Source of the DNA: Schmidtea nova
Lineage: Eukaryota
Direction: 5' to 3'
Assembly: GCA_044892505.1 (NCBI GenBank)
Contig: CM097884.1
Span: 133,796,001-133,860,000, forward strand
Length of the DNA stretch: 64,000 nt
Under the pieces are notes generated by a model, which searched no databases, had not been told where the DNA came from, and saw nothing but the letters and a program-made list of their open reading frames with translations. Position 1 is the stretch's first letter; every line of letters starts with the position of its first letter. The position numbers and the translations under genes were made by a program. Positions 60,261 to 64,000 of this stretch are shown piece after piece.

Positions 60261-63200
60261 TGTTGGGCCCGCCAAATCACCTAAAACCACAATAAAACGA
60301 ACAAAAGCATGAAACAATAAAGAAATAATAAAAATAAAAATAGCAAGAAAAACAAATTAAAAATAACAATAAAACGACAAATAATAATTGATAAATTTTC
60401 AGTAAAAGGAAATTTTGAAAATAAACCGGTAAACAACCGCAAAAGGGGGCCTGAAATAAGAAAAAATAGAATTAAATAAAATAATAGTGCAAATAATTAA
60501 TTAATTATTTGAAAAATCAGGACCACCCAGCGAGAAACCGGAAAAGGAAACAAAATAATGTTTAGATTAGAATAAAATAATAAAAAATACTTTGATGGAC
60601 GGCCTGATCCTGATTGGTCAATCCAACCAGACGGATCAGTATAAATACCGATCCAAAAATCACAACAAGAGACGTTTTACTTTTCACTTACAATCAAGAC
60701 TAAACTTTGATTTAAGTAATATTTCATTTAACAAAACGAGAATTTTTTGAAAAACAGAATTCAAGTACGGAACGTAATTTTTATTGTTATTTTTTATAAT
60801 GTACCCATGATTTTTATTCAATTAAAATTTTATATGTAAACGTCATTTTATTTGTTTTTGATATTGATATTTTAATGCATATAGTTATACTTCCTATGCT
60901 GCTCACGCGGCGAGGGAGTCCGAGTCGTCGTTGTGGGGCCTCAGGGTCTCACATGGCGGTTCAACCTTTTTATTATTTAGTTTAGATGTGGAATTTTATT
61001 TAGAAAATTTGATTGAATTCTTAGTCTAGTACAGACCATTTACTAATTATTTAAGTCTGGGTTGCACAACGGACGAAGGTCGAGGGCCAAATAGGGAGAT
61101 TGCGGAGGGCGGATTGATAAGGAGGGACACCCCATGGTAGGGCATGCTCATCCTTTGAATTTTTAGTCAATTGAATCGTAATGGAACCTCCCGCATGGAG
61201 AAACAGTGAGCAACAAATAAAATAAATTTGAATAATTTCGCTGAAATGAGAAAATTCATCGTAGTCTAAAGTCCGATTTCATTCGGAATCAGCATCTCGC
61301 CTACAAAATTATAATATCGATAAATTCCGATCGCGTTGGAATGCGTCGGAAAATCCAAATTAAATTAGTTACTAAAAATAGGCCGATCGTCGTATATGGC
61401 GCGGTTTCCCAAGTTATTCTCCGATCGCTGTATACAGCGCGGAAATCTGTATTAAATTCTATATTCCTGAATGCTGTATATAGCACAGGACTAATTATGA
61501 ACTCTTTATTACGACCGTGGTAGATCACGGCGGAAAAAGATAAAATTAATCTTATTTTAAAGTAACTTTTGTGATTATATGCGGTATAAATGAATTATCA
61601 ACAAATTCCCTCCGGTAAATCACATATTTTATATTCAATAAATGTAATATAGATGTCGACAGCCGAACTTAGGAATCAATTAACTCAACTACGGAATGTG
61701 GAACAAAGGAATATACAGAATGGAAAGATCTCGCAGCTCAAGGATCTACCGGCATCGATATTGCGAACCCTCAATTGCCAGATATATAAGTGGCGACATG
61801 GGTTTGGCCGAAAATGCCCGTTCTCGATATGGACAGGAGGGAACGACCAAATACTCTATAGAGGAGGACCGAACTGGCCGATTTCCCAAAGGCCTTATTC
61901 AAACAAATTTGGCCGACTTATCGTACTAGTCAAGGACACAGATGGACGGACAAGCCGTGTAATTTATTGGGGGCATATCCCTCGTCGGGAACTATGCCAA
62001 CTAGGCCTACACGAATTTCTACCACGAAAACCATTCGGCAAGGAGTGCCAGAAAGGACAACCCTCATTCTCTTGGGCTCGTCTTCGTCGGAGGCCGATTA
62101 ACAGCGAATTCCATAGCTTGTTTCGGAGATAAAAAACTGATTGACAAATGTGTAAATTGTGTTCAAATATTAATGTTCAGTGGTGTTTTTATTTTGTTGT
62201 TTTGAGTTTTTGTTCAGTGTTTTTTAATAGTTCGTATTCGTAACCTAATAATCCTATAATCAGATTTTAATTTTTCACATAATTTAATCATAAAGTAAAT
62301 CTCCTAAATAAATTATAGAATGACCACCGATTTGATACAGAGAGAATTGGAAAAGATGTGGCGGATCCGGAGAGCCCAGGACAAAGAATTGGGTCTCCTC
62401 AAGGCACAATTGATCAAAGCAGAGGCACAGATCGCATACTTGCGCAAAAGCTGGTTTGCTCCGGCCCGAATGAAGGAGCAAATCAGCAAAACCGAACGCG
62501 CCCAACAGACCGCAGCCGATTATCAAATGGAATGGGAGGCTACAAAGATAGAGCTCCGAAAATGCCTCCATTCCGTAACTGCCTCATATATCGAGAAGGA
62601 ACTCAGAGAGCAAATCCGTCCGGTTACGTACCAAGCTTGGACATCCGAAAAGAAGACTGTAAATTCCATTGGCACGGATGTCGCCGATCTAATCGAAAGT
62701 CGGAATGAGCCGGTTTCAGCAGTAATTCCATCCACCTCAACGGCAAATGCGCACCAAAAACGCAAGCGCATTGGGCAGAAAAGGCGAAGACAGAGGAAAT
62801 TATTCGCGCAGCGATTACAAAGTCAAGTGGATGGTCTACATCAGATGACCGAAGAGAACTTATTGAAGGAAATTTTCCCTTCAGCTGGAGTTTTTACAGA
62901 ACTAATTAAATAAAATTTTGGGTTATCTTAAAAAATTTATGTTTCCTTTAAATTGATTTGGTAAATTGACAAATAATTAGATCAATATAGTATAAAAGTA
63001 TAAATTCACATCACGAATTATCTAGTAAAGGCAAATAAATTATTAAGCGAGCAGTTTGATTTAAACGCTTCCCGCAGAATACGAAATGTTGAAAATAAAT
63101 TTTCTAAAAAGATTATTGCGGAATATCTAAGCAAATGATTTAAGCATAAGTCCTTCTAACGGCAGCAATGGACCCGTAAACATAAATGGGGAGTAGTACT

Positions 63201-63379
63201 AGCGATAGTGCTCACCTGCCCATCATTGTTTAACCACCCTGCGCATCACCAACTTGATTATATAGGGAAATAATCAAGGGCGCTTGAGTGTAAAATTGCA
63301 ATTTTATGTATGATCATGGATGAGGGATCCCTAGTCATTGTTAGAACATTTTTCATCTAACCCCTCCATGAACCCAGCA
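60261..63379 (+). repeat. LTR3 (3119 bp)
   Basis: Same sequence. Identity with LTR1 and LTR2 stops exactly after …GAACCCAGCA at 63379. Confidence 0.95.
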
Positions 63380-63497
63380 TTTTAATATATAAGTACATAT
63401 CTTTACTTATACATGGGAGATGAGAGGATGCAGGGTGCCGTGAGTTTCAATACATTATTTTAGGGTGCCAGCAGTAAAAAAAGTTTGCGAACCACTG
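63380..63497. mobile_element. hAT MITE, right part
   Basis: Ends in GTTTGCGAACCACTG (reverse complement CAGTGGTTCGCAAAC, 14/15 match to the left TIR), followed by ACCTAAAC (63498-63505), an exact 8-bp TSD. GGTGCC motifs are present. The reconstructed MITE is about 371 bp. Confidence 0.9.
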
Positions 63498-64000
63498 ACC
63501 TAAACAAACAGGAATAAAATAAGAAAAATAAAAGATCAAAAAAAAGTAAATGTCACATTTGATTAAAGTAAATAAAAGGGAAAATAAGAAATAAAAGTGC
63601 TTATAAAATAAAAATAATAGAAGAATAAAGTAGGTGAATTTAATTAAATAGTTAATAACAAAACCCCGAATGAAAAGATTTATCTGAAATAAGTAAAATT
63701 TAAACCAAATTTACATAATTTAAAACAAAATAATAAAATATAAAAAAAACAAAAATTTGTTGATAAAAATTACTATTTTAATTGGGTAAATCAATTGAAT
63801 TTATTTAACAAATAGTAGGCGGCTAAAATGTAATTGGCTAACAACATTGAAAAAAAGTATATAAGGAGCGGCCAAATTCTGTGAAACTTATGCAATTTAA
63901 AAGCATTTTTAAGCATTAAGCAAAAGGCATTAGGCCTTCTTTTAACAGCTAAATAGTTTACTTAAATCAATGTGAAGTAGAAGATCTTTGTAATTCTAAT

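Larger units (their letters stand above)
6806..63379 (+). mobile_element. Giant Ty3/Gypsy (Metaviridae)-type LTR retroelement, tandem LTR-int-LTR-int-LTR (56,574 bp)
   Basis: Three 3119-bp direct repeats starting TGTTGGG and ending CCCAGCA, with periods of 26,723 and 26,732 bp. TTTT flanks both ends (6802-6805, 63380-63383). A PBS follows LTR1 and LTR2. Domain order PR-RT-RH-INT. Confidence 0.95.

Noticed and set aside
1-64000. Prokaryotic or phage origin
   Set aside because: hAT, piggyBac, Gypsy, TRAF and RING content, AT-rich spacers with microsatellites, and the absence of operon or RBS structure indicate a eukaryote.

Overview
This is AT-rich eukaryotic (most likely invertebrate animal) DNA that consists almost entirely of nested transposable elements, with no ordinary host gene. 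Bases 1-6.5 kb hold a hAT DNA transposon with a frameshifted transposase whose right end abuts a decayed piggyBac, three N blocks and foldback palindromes. Bases 6806-63379 are one 56.6-kb insertion of a giant Ty3/Gypsy (Metaviridae)-type LTR retroelement in tandem form, LTR-internal-LTR-internal-LTR. It has three 3119-bp LTRs, a unit length of about 26.7 kb (29.85 kb as a single element), TG...CA ends, a 4-bp TTTT target duplication and a tRNA-Pro-like PBS. It sits inside a roughly 371-bp hAT MITE that still has both TIRs and an 8-bp TSD. The intact second unit encodes one 5671-aa ORF in this order: Gag with 3 CCHC knuckles, 3 putative ubiquitin-like domains, an AT-hook, a putative Bcl-2-like domain, a signal peptide plus chuvirus-like glycoprotein plus TM, protease-RT-RNaseH-integrase, ankyrin repeats, and two duplicated membrane-anchored FN3-like modules. 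The envelope-like gene is therefore upstream of, and in frame with, Pol. Separate ORFs encode an IAP-type RING protein in the 5' leader, a complete TRAF (RING-ZnF-coiled coil-MATH), coiled-coil proteins, a TM protein and two LTR-borne proteins. Unit 1 differs from unit 2 by an 11-bp frameshifting deletion, a 2-bp indel and a few SNPs that I could spot. Size and cargo recall the planarian 'Burro' giant retroelements, so novelty must be checked against those. All domain calls are by-eye motif recognition and domain boundaries are approximate.
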